Shown: in pieces, positions 14,570-29,893 of the stretch
How the letters are laid out: each line of letters starts with the position of its first letter
Position numbering within the stretch: position 1 is the first letter of the stretch
Source of the DNA: the human T2T-CHM13v2.0 reference genome, Homo sapiens
Assembly: GCF_009914755.1 (NCBI RefSeq)
Contig: NC_060928.1
Strand: one strand, 5' to 3'
DNA: 64,000 bases
The notes under the pieces: generated by a model
The model's input: only the letters and a program-made list of their open reading frames with translations
The model's database searches: none
What the model was told of the DNA's origin: nothing
Program-made: the position numbers and the translations under genes

Positions 14570-15070
14570 AACAGAATGTCTATTATTAAAAAGCCAAAAG
14601 ATAACAAGTGTTGGTGATGATGTGAAGAAAAGGAACAATTGTACACTGTTGGGGATATAAATTAGTACAACTATTATGGAAAACAGTGGGAAACTCAAGA
14701 AAAACTAAAAATAGTATTACCATAGGATGCAGGAATCCTGCTGCTGGATATTTATCCAAAACATTTGAAATCAGTATGTCTAAGAGATGTCTGCATCTGC
14801 ATGTTCATCATGGTGCTTTTCACAATAACCAAGTTATGGAAGGAACCTATACCTGTCCATCAAAGAGTAAAAGGCTAAGGAGTTCAGTACCTTTCACTAT
14901 CACTAACAAAGCAATTTTCTAATATTCTTATCACAAAAACATGTGATGTTAAATATTTGAAGTGATGGACATGTTATTTAGTATAATTCAATCATACCAA
15001 TGATATGCAAAAATCATACCACATATACAACTACAGTTTGTCAACATATTAACATAATAAATTAAAAAAA
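14570..15070 (+). mobile_element. L1MA-type 3' end fragment
   Basis: aagataacaagtgttggtgatgatgtgaagaaaagg...tacactgttgg; L1MA 3'UTR-like end. Confidence 0.8.
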
Positions 15071-15130
15071 CTATTGTGTAGTATATATACTTGTTAAATA
15101 GTTTCTTTTGTTAAAAACAAAAATTCCCCA

Positions 15131-15674
15131 AGAAATAACTTTTGACCCAGCAATCCCATTAGTGGGTATATACCCAAAGGATTCTAAATCATTCTACTAT
15201 AAAGACACATGAACACGTATGTTTATTGCAGCACTATTCATAATAGCAAAGACTTGGAACCAACCCAAATGTTCATCAATAATAGATTAGATAAAGAAAA
15301 TGTGGCACATATACACCATGGAATACTATGCAGCCATAAAAAAGGTTGAGTTCATATACTTTGCGGGGACATGATGAAGCTGGAAACCATCATTCTCAGC
15401 AAACTGTCACAAGAACAGAAAACCAAACACCGCATGTTCTTACTCATAAGTGGGAGTTGAACAATGAGAACACATGGAGATAGGGAGAGGAACATCACAC
15501 ACCAGAGCCTTCTGGGGGTGGGGGGGAAGGGGAGGGATAACATTAGGAGAAATACCTAATGTAGGTGATGGCTATGTGGGTGCAGCAAACCACCATGACA
15601 TGTGTATACCTATGTAACAAAACTGCACATTCTGCACGTGTACCCGAGAACTTAAAGTACAATAAAAACAAGCA
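15131..15674 (+). mobile_element. 5'-truncated L1PA (L1PA6/7-like) 3' end
   Basis: ORF2 end plus 3'UTR with G-rich tract and cttaaagtacaataaa; TSD aaaaattcccca at 15119-15130 and 15675-15686. Confidence 0.95.
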
Positions 15675-17905
15675 AAAAATTCCCCATTTTTTTAGTTGAT
15701 TAATTTGAGTGAAACCCTACTACTAATTTTGATAGATTTAATATACATAAGAGGTTAGGGGCTCAGATTTATTTTATATCTTTTTCTTATATTAGGGTTA
15801 TACAACACAAACCAATGAGAATGATAGCAGAATTGTAGAGCTAGTTGAACTAAAAATGTCCTTTCTATGATATAGCTAATTTAAGCTAAAAAAACATTTG
15901 GAGATTTATTTTGCTGATAATTTCTTTTAGTAAAAATACGAAGTTCATCATGGTTGATGATCTAACTAGGTTTTAGCATGAAATAACATACTTATTAAAT
16001 TAGGTATTTCCAGATTTTTATGAGTTGGGGTTGGGAGGCTGAATGCATTCTGATTTTCTCATTGAAATATATGTCAAGTACATTTAACTAAAAATATTTG
16101 AAATGTAGACTTAGTTTCTAGAATTTCCTGAGCTGGGAGTCCACATTAATAATGAATAAGATCAATAGTAAGGAGAAAAAAAGAAAGCAGTTGCTTCAAG
16201 GATAAAATTCTCTCTCTTCTTTTTGGAAAAAAAATTTAAAAGAAGAGGCTGCTGTAACCTGATTCATCTCCACTGACAGGCCAATACCAAAACCGATTTA
16301 CTTCACTTTCACCAATCCGTCATCATTTTTCCTATGATCCCACAGCTATTACAATCTCTTTTGACTTGGCCAAACAAGAACACTAAAAAAGAACATTTAC
16401 TGTGTATCTAAATTAATGAAACCAGGGTTAGAAAAAGAAGCATGGTGCCACTTGAGATATTTTTGCTCTTATAAAAGATAGAGGTCCTCATGAGGTCAAG
16501 AGCTCTTTTGGTCATAACTTCCAAGCATTCTAGAAAAAAAAAAAGTTCTATATTTTACTGTACTTCTTAAAATTCTTCTTTTTTCTTTTATACTATTATA
16601 CTGTAGTGATACTATTATACGTGTAGTCTTAAAAATAGACAAAAATATCAGCTTTCACTATTACCTTAGTTGAATAAAAAATTCTGAATATTTTCACATA
16701 TCTCTTTTTACCATTTTTCATTTTGCTGTCAGTCTTCGTAAAATAGATATTAAGTATTTTGTACATGATAGTATATGTTTTAAGTATATTTTGCCTTTTA
16801 TATACAAAAATGCTCTTTTCTTCTCATTATTTCACACTAACGCAGAAGTGTGTCAAGAAAATTTAAAGAGAATGAAAATAAAATATACATAGATTTGGAA
16901 TGTTTATCATTTGATAGTTCCATTGTCATTGTTATTGCCAAATTGCTTATAATTTTACCTATGGCTGTTTCTAAAACAAATTGCTCCTCTATATGAAATA
17001 TGGCATAATCTCATTAATTTTAATGAGAGAATTATTTTAATATATTAATACTACAAATCCAGCATATTAAAAATTGTAGGATTTTTATTACAAAGTTGTG
17101 ACCTCAAGGTTTTTATCTCTTTGAATTTAAAATAATCTAGACCTTTAAATATCAATATGAATGTGTTAAGTTAAAATTGAAAATCATGATCAGAAATAGA
17201 ACCTAAAGTTACAAAAATTTACCCAATTATCAATTGCTGTAAGTAAACTTGAGATCAAAATGTGATGTTTTAGGAAAGAGAATTCAAGTATTTTCAATGA
17301 ACTTAAGAATGCCATTATTATGCTGTTTTTATTCTTGGTTGCTATTTTATTCTCTCTCTATCCATATTTTCCTTTTCTTGATTCTGAACACATTATATGG
17401 ATATAACTCCAATTAGAGTTACATAAAATAATGCTGTTTCACAATGCTTAAGGTTTTATAAATGACATCTACTTATTTCTGACATAATCCAAGTTTTTCC
17501 TCATAAACACTGTAAGCATATAAAAATATTTAGTAAAGCAACAACTTTTATAATATTATCATTGTTACTGTCATTATTATAGAAACACCATATAATAATG
17601 CATTGTACTTAAATTTTTTTAAGTCACATTACATATGTTCACATCCTAAGCAAAATTATTTTTTTACACATGCTTTTCAGACTCTACACTCCTGCATGAA
17701 GGTTTTACATTGCTGCTTCCCATTGATACTTTTATTTTCATTTTTTGATTGACCACCATCATATCTTCCCTTTATTTCGATTCCTATACTTGGTGTACTG
17801 ATTTTTCAGTTTGGTTTTTTCCATTAAGTTAACTCATTTCTGTCAGATCAGCTGCAGAGTAGCAGCATTTTCTCACCATGTCAGTGAGCATTAAAATTCC
17901 TTTCC

Positions 17906-18228
<323 letters not shown>

Positions 18229-18305
18229 TTATGACACATTGATGTCTATGGGTTATTACTTTTATTACTCTGGTATTTAACTACAGTCTTCTGACATTAT
18301 TTTCA

Positions 18306-19940
18306 AAGAAATATACAAAAATTAAACCAATTTCTTTATACTGCCAATAAAAAACATACATTGAATTTAAAAGTACCGTTTACGATAGCATCAAACTATA
18401 AAATACTTAGGGATAAATTTGGTCATATACATAAATGTGTATGACCTTTATACTGAAAAATATAAAACCGCTGAGAAAAGTTGAAGAAGATCTAAATAAA
18501 TGGGGAAACAACTTGGTTTTGTGTTAGTGTTCCTAAACTGAACTGAGGGTCAGGCTGCTTGTTCTCATGGCCCAATCATGAGATGCAGGCGAACTGGGAA
18601 AGAAGAGAGTTTATTTTTCTAACTGGGTACAGGGAGAAAGCCAGGAAAAGGTCACCAGATCAAGTGAAAATTCCAATGTTTTCCAGAGCTTATATACCTT
18701 CTAAGCTATATGTCTATGTGTAAGTGGGCATTTATCTAAAGACATAAGTGATTAACTTCTTCTAATCTATAACTAAAGTCTGAGCCCTAAAGACCTTCCT
18801 CTGAAGCCTCAGTAAATTTACTTAATCTAGGCAGGTCCAGGTGCCAGGGGTGATTACCCGATGTTCACTGTTAAATCATAGAGGTTTGGGGAGTTCTTTT
18901 AGACCCCAGCAAAACTTCTTAAATCTTAAATGGGGCCTGTTAAAAATTCCTTCATTATCTTTCATGCTTCAAGGCCCAGGAAAGACCTAGGCAAAACTCT
19001 TGGTGGGCTTTTGTTACATTCCAGCCTTAGTATAGGGCACTGGCTCTATCAGCTTTTAATATTTAACTTAACCACTCAGTCAGTGCTGAAACAGTTGTCG
19101 TGGAGGCCTGCCTGTTCGGCTGTTAGTGAGACCCTGCCTGCCACATTAGGAGACAAAATATTGTTAAGATGCCAGTTCTCCGCACACTGATGTATAAATC
19201 CAAGTCAATCTCAATCAAATTCCTAACAAGCATTTTTGCAGAAATTGAAACTGATTTTAAAATTCTGAATCAGGCAAAATACACAAATTAAAAATCACTA
19301 GACTAGCCCAGATTACACTGTAAAGGGATGAAGTGGTTGGGTTAACACAACCTAAGTTTTAGACCTATTATAAAACAATAGGTATCAAGACAGTGTGATA
19401 TTGACATCAAGATAAACAAATAGATCAACAGAAAAGGAAGTTCAGAAATAGACTGCCATGAGGGTCTATTTCTGATTTTTTAAAAAAATCTTTGACAACT
19501 GATTGAAGTAAAAAGGTAATTCAGCAAATAATTCTAGACTTTTCAACAAACAATCCTCATATCTTTAAATAATCATTTGCAAAAATAAGAAATTCGCACC
19601 ATATACAAAATTAACTCAAGATAGGTCATAGACCCAAATGTAAAATCTAAAGCTATAAAACTTTTGTACAAAAAACAAGAAGAAAATCTTTGTGATCTTA
19701 GATAATGAAAAGATTTTTAAGATATGACACCAAAAGCACAATCCGTATTTCACAATATGAAAATAAAGGATGTCTGTTCTTTGAAAGGCACTGCTAAAAG
19801 AATGAAAAGAATAGCTACTGATTCCTCAGGAAAAAAAAAATGAAAAGCATATATTGGATAAATAAATAACACTCAGACTGAATAAAGAACAATCAAAACA
19901 AAAACGGCAAAATATTTAAACAGACACTTCACCATAGAAT
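18306..19940 (+). mobile_element. Old L1M ORF2 fragment interrupted by an LTR
   Basis: aaatacttagggataaattt...aaataaatgggg; aatattgttaagatg; aaaattaactcaagataggtcatagacc. Confidence 0.85.
18528..19145 (-). mobile_element. Solo ERV1 LTR (PABL-like)
   Basis: Reverse complement starts TGTGGCAGGCAGGGTCTCACTAACAGCC; TG...CA ends; TSD ttag at 18524-18527 and 19146-19149; family name from memory. Confidence 0.8.
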
Positions 19941-20067
19941 ATCTCTTTTGTATTTCTTAGGGTTGAATCAAGGAAGCAGTACACTATATTCCGGGAACTT
20001 CAGGTAATTTTAATTATTTTCATGTCATTTATATCTAAAAATTAAAACATAATTTTACTTATTTCTT

Positions 20068-20367
20068 TTTTGTTTTGTTTTGTTTTGAGACATAGTTTTA
20101 CTCTGTCGCCCAGGCTGGAGTGCAGTGGCACAATCTCAGCTCACTGAAACCTTCACCTCCTGGGTTCAAGTGATTCTTGTGCCTCAGCCTCCAGAGTAGC
20201 AGGAATTACAGGCACACGCCACCACGCCTGGCTAACTTTTGTATTTTTAGTAGAGACAGGGTTTCGCCATGTTGGCCAAGCTGGTCTCAACTCCTGACCT
20301 CAAGTCATCCAACTGTCTCGGCCTCCCAAAGTGCTGGGATTAAAGGCATGAGCCAGTGTTCCCAGCC
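20068..20367 (-). mobile_element. Alu (AluSx/Sz-like)
   Basis: Antisense dimer; 17-bp TSD aattttacttatttctt at 20051-20067 and 20368-20384. Confidence 0.97.
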
Positions 20368-22010
20368 AATTTTACTTATTTCTTATTGGACTTTTTAAAA
20401 GAAAGATGACTCAAGCAGATTAGTCTTCAAAAAGATAACTGGATATTAAAATAAGCTGGCTTATTAGTTAATAACAATTTACCAAATTCTTAATTCATAT
20501 AAAATGTCTGTGACTCTATTAAGCTTTTACAGAGACACTGGTCAGCTGGGAAAAAAAATAAAAAATCAAATCAACCCTAGATTTTCTTGAAACAGTACAA
20601 TACCCTATTTACATTGGTTTATGTAGTGTAACTACCCCTTCTTAGTTTTATTGGCAACATAGACACTTTTATGTTGCAGCTGCTAAACACAAAGTAAGAC
20701 ATTTGACAAAGTTACCAAGTGGGAAATAATTTGTTGCTCAAAGTTGTATGTTTGATCAGAAGCCTTTTAAATTAAATTTGACTAAAAAAATTGCCATTAT
20801 TGTTTTTGTTCATCATTTTTACTTCAATAAATTTTCGCTATTCAGAAACACAAAATGCTAATATGTATTCTAGAGTTTGACTTAGCACAGACCTTAAGCA
20901 TTTGGGAGGGATTTCATATTCTTATTCCAGATATAATTATGTTGATGGTATTTGTCATAGACCAAAACTGGACAGCTTAGGGTTTTAAAAGCATCCCTTC
21001 CTATCAATCATTTCTAAAAGAGCAATGACATTCGTACTACAGGCTTCATGTTACTGATTGTTCTTAAAATTACAATCCCAAAAGTTCATTGTGATAAAAA
21101 AACCCTACTTTACCAATAAAAAGGTTTAAGGAGAAAGATTAACACTTTCATCAGCTTGCCAATTTTTGGCATAGACAAACTGCATATGTATATTCATATA
21201 CTATTTTTAACATTTATTCAAATATATTTTGGGATCTGTAAACTGTTAAAATCTAAATTGTATTTAACTTTCTTTTAATAAGTCATTTTGATATGAAACA
21301 GCAATAAGAAGACATATCATAATTCTAATTTATTTTGATTGAACTAAGATATTCAAAATTGATTGCACAAAGTTAAATATTTGACTTCTAAGCCATGTTT
21401 TGAAAGAATATTTAAATTAGTGGCATGGTCAATAAATTACATTGTTCTTTCTCCCTACTCTACCTCTCTAACATACACAAAATCCAGACAGTCAACTCTC
21501 CAGATATTTTCATTATTAATAATACAATTTTAATATTCTGTAACCACAAGATTATGTCTTATCCACCTGTAACACAAGATCTATGAAACATAATCCTTAA
21601 ACATATATACACAAGCAACAAGGTTACTCTTCAATGAGTTAGATATCAGAACACACAACATTTCATGGAAAAAAAATGAAAAAGACCAATGTAAAGTGTC
21701 CATCTAGTTTAAAACTTTTGTGAAAGACATTACAGCATACAAACAAAGTACTATTACCATTGTTTCATAAAAGCAATAGTGAATTATTAAACCAAAAAAT
21801 TGGGAAGAATATAATATTGAGAAAAAATAAGTTCTATTTAAAACTCATCTTTTTATCCTTATTATTGTCCTTTCTCAGCATACCAAAACAAATAAACAAA
21901 ATAAAAGAACAAACAAGCAAAATGTATTGCCTTTGATTAGCACTAACCTTTAGACTAGCAAAAATACCAACAGCAGTCATCCTCTGATGATAGTTTACAG
22001 AGTCTAATAA

Positions 22011-22216
22011 TCAAAGCCTGATCCAGGTAAGACTTTTCCCCACTGCCTTGCTTTTACAGCTCCCAACTTGCATAGCTGTCCACTGCAAAGTTATACTATG
22101 TGACTCTATTGATTTAATTTGGTTTTCATTGAATGGTTTCAGATTCACAGAAGTACTCATCTTTACTGTATCAGACCATCTTGACCTATCCCTTAAATTT
22201 GTGTTATTCAGCATAG
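22011..22216 (-). pseudogene. Candidate decayed exon encoding an FN3 end plus the next FN3 start
   Basis: Acceptor tttttatttccag|CT; translation RSRWSDTVKMST...IKSIESHSITLQWT; non-repeat DNA. Confidence 0.4.
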
Positions 22217-24116
22217 CTGGAAATAAAAAACAATAAAACATATAAACTCACACCTCTAATAAATAATTGCAATATGTATCATGCACTATGTCATCTTCTC
22301 CTTGCTTCCATTTCTAATACTGATTTTTACATTCTAACTATGATTTGCATTTATGAGACCATCTATTCTGAGTATAAGAACTTCTTCTATGAATTTTATA
22401 CTTTAGAGCTGGAAAGAACTTTATAAACATTAAATAATTAATTCTTATAACACTGAAAGCAAGGTTTGATATTCTCACTTTATAACCAAGAAAATGAGAA
22501 CAGAATGCTAACGTTATTTGCTGAATGCATGTAAGTGTCTGTCAGGCCTAGGATTAGAACTTGGAGTGTGAATCTAGATTTGAAGATGCTGTAAAAGAAA
22601 CTAGTGTTGAAGAAATAAAGAATATTATCTTCAATTAATATGCCCAGAGTTGTTGAAAGCATTGTATCTTGTGCTTTGTTATAAGCTGTTCAACAAAATG
22701 GTCTAACATTTTTGAAAAATTGGAACTTTGGTAAAATTTATTAGTAGGTGACAGAAACCATAAGCTCTTTACACTTTGTTTTACTTTCTCCTTGTGTTTT
22801 TAACATATGTGTGCGGTTTTTTGAGCTGAGTTTTACATTTCACTGAATTCCAAATTCTACAGTTCATATTTCACATTCATAGGAGTAACTCAAGTTTCTT
22901 GCATAAAGCTCATACTAGAAATGAGGTTAAAAACAATATAGTAAGCTATACGAATACGTGTGATTAGAAAAGGACAAATCTCTTTATAAATCATATTTTC
23001 TTTCCATGCAATGCAGCTGTGGTTACAGAAAAAAAATACGTAATGTGAAAATCATCTTAAAAACAACTGACTTGGTGCTGACTTAAGAAGGTGGAATAGC
23101 TACTATAAATGAGAAGCTAATATAGGAGGGTAAAGTTTGGAAAGCACTCCTTGTTTTGTTCTACATGCCACACAACTGATCAGAGGATAGAGATTTCATT
23201 AAAGAGAACAACCACAAAAATTTTTAATAAAAAGGATATGGATTTGAAATTACAGTTGGCCTAAATGTCTGGGTTTTCTCAATACAAATTTAATGCACTC
23301 CTGATTTCACACTTTTTTGCATGTCTATTCACTAATTGAGGGAGGAAGGGAAAAGGAATCCTGGATGTCAGAGAAAATGAAACATAAGCTGAGCTTTGGA
23401 TTCTAAACTTTGAAACAAATTTGTTTATTTCTCTTTCCTTTCTAAATTTCCTTCTATTTTTCTGAGACATGAACATATATCTTTCTGTTGATGAGTATAG
23501 GCATATCTAGATTATCGTGATGCATTAAACTAATTTATGTGCAAGGATTAAAGTACGGGCTCTTCTTTGCAGGCATTGTCTGAGCTTTTAGAGATTAAAA
23601 AAAAACTTTTTTTCTTAGTTACAGTAAATATGTTTAAACTAGTATGAGCCTTATTTGCTGTATTGTTTTTTACTTCAGATACAGAACATTTGCTGTCATT
23701 TAACTTTAAAGACTATTTGAGAGTTTTTCTAGAGTTATGTTCTTGCACTACTGAATTTTTGTTTTTTTGTTTGTTTGTTTGTTTTTTGATCTCTAGGCTT
23801 CCTATCACTTTGTTACATGAAGAGGCATCTTCAAAGAGCAAACTGATACAACTTTAAATTGAAAAGGATAAAGTTTGAAATGAAATATTTGTCCAAAGAT
23901 TTGTTGTGTTTTGCAAGGTAAAACAGCTCAATTCTATCCTGACCTTTGGTTGCATTTCTAGATAATTTTATAGGCACCTTCAAATTCAGATATCCTAAGA
24001 TTTAAATAATGCTAGATTTATAGCTCTTATATGACAATTTTTACCAAAAAAAGCTCTTTAAAATTACTTAAATTTACATTAAAAGCTGATATTCTGAAAT
24101 TTTATTCCAACTAGAC

Positions 24117-24209
24117 TGCATTAGTCAGGGTTCTTTAGAGAAAGAACCAATATATACAGATAGAAAGAAGGTAGATAGATAGATACAGGTAGATGATAGA
24201 TAGATAGAT

Positions 24210-24262
<53 letters not shown>

Positions 24263-24375
24263 AGAGGGAATTTATTAGGGGAATTGCCTCACAGGATTAT
24301 GGAAACTGACAGACCACACAATAGGTCATCTGCAAGCTGGAAAACCGGGGAAGCTGGTAGTGTGGCCATTTTCTG
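24117..24375 (-). mobile_element. MLT2B-type (ERVL) LTR 3' part
   Basis: tgcattagtcagggttct...gggaatttattaggggaattg...ctgcaagctggaaaacc. Confidence 0.8.
24170..24260. repeat. (GATA)n tetranucleotide microsatellite
   Basis: Long run of agat/gata units inside the MLT2 LTR. Confidence 0.97.
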
Positions 24376-24996
24376 TGGGGCAGGGGAAATAAATTAATTA
24401 ACCAGCAATTTAAATTATCTTCTCCCTGTAGTCTATGCTCCTGATAATTAACAGGTGACATCTTATGGGATAAATAATATTGTTTACTGATATCCAATCT
24501 CCCATTAAAATATTCACAATTGATATAGTAAAATAATCAGTAAAATCATTTATTTCCCATTTAAAATAGTTAAAATAAGTAGTACTTGATATCTTTTAAA
24601 ACTGCACTGGATAAATTATATTTCATTCCAATCCCAAAGCATTGGCAAAATTTTCTGGCAGCATTATTTTGAGAAGACCATGAAACTTTTCTTCACTCAA
24701 TATAACAGAACAACATGATAGAAGTGATTGCTATCTTTCCAAAATAAAAGAAAAAAATGAAATCAATTCAACTATCAGGAGTTCGTGGTTAAAAAATGAA
24801 ACTAAAATATCACTACAAATGGCAGCCTATCCTTTGATTATATGTTATTTGCCCAATTGCTTGTATATTAAAACTTGCCACATAAGAAATTGATAATAAT
24901 TAAGTGTTTTCTGTAAAGCTGCAATCTATAGTAGCATATTCTTAAATATTGGTTTTATGCTATACTATGAGTTCTGCAAGGAGTGAGATAAAAACA

Positions 24997-25770
<774 letters not shown>

Positions 25771-26961
25771 TTCATCAATTCACATGCTTCTGCCTCTAAA
25801 AATATCCAATTCAAAAATTCTGGGTGGGTGAGGGGGAGCAAGTAGAGAATAGAGAAGGTCTTTTTATCTTTTTCTCACCAAAATAAAAGTACAGAATTCT
25901 ATGACACATCGATTTTATATTTATGGGTAAATAATGTTAAGTGTGAGTAAGTACAACCTCTTTTTGTCAATTTGATTTAGTTGTATCCACTATCCGTGAT
26001 TAATTGTAAGAAAAAGTATGCATTTAGGGGTGGATCTGTATAAAATGTTTAAAAAAATGTTTCCTAAGACATACATAAAGTAAACTCCATTAGTGCTGTG
26101 TCATGAGCTCAAGCCCATCAAACTTTTGTAAAATATTTTCAATGTTCTGGGATGTGACAAGGCCATTATAGGTTAATTTAGTATGCAATATTTTTACAAA
26201 TACATACAACTTTTATTATTTTCAGGAATTAAAAATCATTCACAAAAGTGGTTTACATAAAACGAGTTTAATTAAGTAATTTGTTCTTCCCCTGTGACAT
26301 TCTTCACACATGATTGAAGACACAGGCTGAATAAGCATCATCATTTTTAATAATTTCAACATGTTCTGCTAAGTGCAAAAAAACCCAGATGTAATTGTGA
26401 AAAACTATTACAAAAGTTTCTGCCACATAGTATTATTGAAATATGGTATTAAAAATTAAGTACACACTTGATGAGTGATATCAGGTAGACACATTTCACA
26501 ATTTAAAACCAGAGTCAATAAAAGACCAAAATGTTCAGGGTGTGTAAGCATGGACTACTTTGGGTTTCTCATAAAAGGAACATGATTTCACCAATGCAGC
26601 AATACTTATGACCACTTAGACAAAACATGAATATTGAAAACAAATTTACTAAAGACATCCTTTTTTCAATAATGTTTTTGAATATTAAACATGTGTTACT
26701 AAAGTCTCAAAAAGAAAAAATTTAGCCTAATAGCCTCCAGATGAACTAAGCATAAAATAAAGGCATACTCTTTTTATTATTAATATGGGTTAATGTGTAG
26801 TTATGCAAATAAGCAAATAAATTGGATATTAGTCCAAAAGCTCTCTGTAGTTTCATGACACTTTGTTCTTAAAGCCAGCATCTCCTATATGATAATATTT
26901 TGGGAAGTGCTGTGAAGACTATTCCCTTTATCTCATAGTTTTTCACACAATATATCATTAG

Positions 26962-27277
26962 TGTTTGTTTGTTTGTTTGTTTGTTTATTTGTTTTGAGAC
27001 AGGGTCTTACTCTGTCACCCAGGCTGGAGTGCAATGGCACAATCTCCATCACTGCAACCTCTACCTCCTGGGTTCACATGATTCTCCTGCCTCAGCCTCC
27101 CGAATAGCTGGGATTACAGGAGTGCATCACCATGCCCAGCTAATTTTTTGTATTTTTAGTAGAGATGGGATTTTGCCATGTTGGCCAGGCTGGTCTCGAT
27201 CTCCTGACCTCAGGTGATCCACCCGCCTCGGCCTCCCAAAGCAATGGGATTACAGGCACGAGTCACTGCGCCTGGCC
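26962..27277 (-). mobile_element. Alu (AluSx-like) with (GTTT)n tail
   Basis: Antisense dimer; atcattagt on both sides. Confidence 0.96.
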
Positions 27278-29591
27278 TCATCATTAGTTTTCCACAATTT
27301 TATCAGAAATTATGTATTTTCTTTAAGTTTTCTATTCTAATATGTTGTATCTAGTATTTAAAAAACAGTTATATGCAGATTTCACACAAATACGTTAAGC
27401 ATGAATCTGTTTGACACTTTGTTGGAAGACAGAGAGTGGAAAGGAAACACCATCCTCACTACCAACCAAATCAGTACTCTTGATATATCTTGCTCGGATT
27501 AAGCTTGCCACTTGTAACCTATATTTCCAACTGCTTAAATTTTCATTGAATCTAGAACTTCACTTCCAAAAAAAAAAATTATATTTTATTTCTCTGAATT
27601 TTATAAATTTATAGTTTCTAGTAATGAAAATACGTTTTAACAAAACATTTATAGTCTTGCTCTAAAGCACATGGACCAAAAATTTCCCCTGAAGAAATAA
27701 CAGAATAATAAGATAACTTAGGCAAAATTAATACAAAACCAAGGTCATTTTTATGAATATTTAAAAAGGCCATTGACTAAGGTCTTCTGTATATCAGACA
27801 CTGGGCAAAGTTTTATGTGTTATTATCTCTTTTAATTCTCATTATACTTCTATGACATAGGCAGGTTTATTACCAGTTTTTATATTTTATATATTATATT
27901 TTATATTTGGAGCCTGAATCAGAAAAACCACTGGGCAAAGTCATAAATTAGTACATTGAAAATCACAGCTTTGTACTGAGTCTAATTGGCATGAACATCA
28001 ATATTTCATAACATCTTTAAAGCATAGACTCTCTTTTCCTATCTTACCAGACTTCTTAAACTTCTGCTTTTTAAATTACCTGACACAAGTGTATTTATCT
28101 GAACAAAAACAAATCAGAAAATTGAGTATTGTGAGCTCATCTAAGTTTACTGAGGTGATATACTTTATAGATTTTTCTTGAAATTTAACTTAAAAATTAA
28201 AACAGAAAATCATATTGAAATAAGGATTTATATTCTAAGAAGACTATATATCTCTTTAGAATGTACATGTATATGTAAACATACACATACACACATACAT
28301 AATCACATTTAATAGCTTGGTATCATCTTTATATAGTGTCAAATCCAAACACCACATGCCATATTCTTAACATCATTTTTATATGTGTAATCATGCTCCC
28401 ATAAATGAAAGGTGAAGGAGAAATAACATCTTTCAAGCACAAATGGAAATATAAATATCAGATTTTATGTATTATTACATAATATAGGATAGTGAACTCA
28501 TGAAAAATTAAGCTAGTGTAGAATTATATCACTTAAGTTACTTTATGCATGATGCTGATGTAAGGGGAAAGATAAAAAATGTGGCTTTATGTTAATCAGG
28601 TTCTACATATGATATAATATCTATAACCAATTACTAAAGGATTAATACAAACTTGTTATTAGAATAAGATGAATAATTGTACATTTCCATACAACAAAGC
28701 GTTATGTATTCAGAAGGCTTTCAAAATATAATCATCTTCAAGTTGATAATTCTTTGTTTCTCTAGTGGCTTTTGGACATTTTTCTCCATATGCCGTAATT
28801 GACAATGAGTTATCCCTACATCTACAATAGTTTATTCAAAATTAAAATACATGCATGTTCACCATGCTTGAAATTTCACTTCTCCATTTTACTGTTTAAG
28901 CTTTATTACTCCACTGAACTACAATTTAATCTATTTTTGAAGCTATAAAAGTGAACCCATGAATGCCTGCAAATTTAACAATAAGGATAAGAAATATATG
29001 TACTAGCTTAACAACTATTTATGGAGCAACTAAAATATGCACATATTGTACCAAGCATAGTAGCTACCGAGATAAAAAAGACAAATACAGTACATGACTC
29101 ACTGATAGAGAGGGACCAATATTAATAATTAAAAAACCCCAAATAATGTAATTAAAGTGCCTGGCAAATGACATTGAAAACATAAGCAAAGTACTGAGAC
29201 AAATATTTGCAGATGGAAAGTTAATGTAGTATTGTTATGATAGTATTATAGGAATAATATCCTTTATAAAAATTTTTATTCAAGATTTTCGGTAATATGA
29301 AGAGTCATTTTTCCCTGTGATAATACCAAATTTATATATAAATATATCATGATTGGATATGAACATTAAAATTGCAGTAGAATTTTTTTCTATGGTAAAA
29401 AGACAGTGATTATCAGCTTGTATATACTACTTTAAACTCACTGCAGTAGAAAATGTTTTCCATGCTGCTGATGAGAAAAACACAATTGTATCTATTTTTA
29501 TCACGTCTTTGAATGATATAGAACTTTTCTTAGCCAGATAAGCTTAAGGTTAGGTACTTAGCTCAATTTTAACCTAGAAATAGATTGGAGG

Positions 29592-29893
29592 TTTTTTGTT
29601 TGTTTGTTTTTGAGATGAAGTCTCTCTCTGTCACTGAAGCTGGATCATAATGGCACGATCTCGGCTCACTGGAACTTCCACCTCCTGGGTTCAAGCAATT
29701 TTCCTGCCTCGGTCTCCGGAGTACCTGGGACTACAGGCATGCGCCACCGTGCCCGGCTAATTTTCGTATTTTTAGTAGAGATGGGATTTTGCCGTGTTGG
29801 CCAGGCTGGTTCCGATCTCCTGACCTCAAGTGATCCACCCACCTCAGCATCTCAAAGTGCTGAGATTACAGGAGTGATCCACCATGCCTGGCC
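29592..29893 (-). mobile_element. Alu (AluSx/Sz-like)
   Basis: Antisense dimer with T-rich tail. Confidence 0.96.

Noticed and set aside
28048-28098. 51-nt minus-strand AG/GT-bounded segment
   Set aside because: The peptide is uninformative and there is a competing internal donor; such sites are common by chance.
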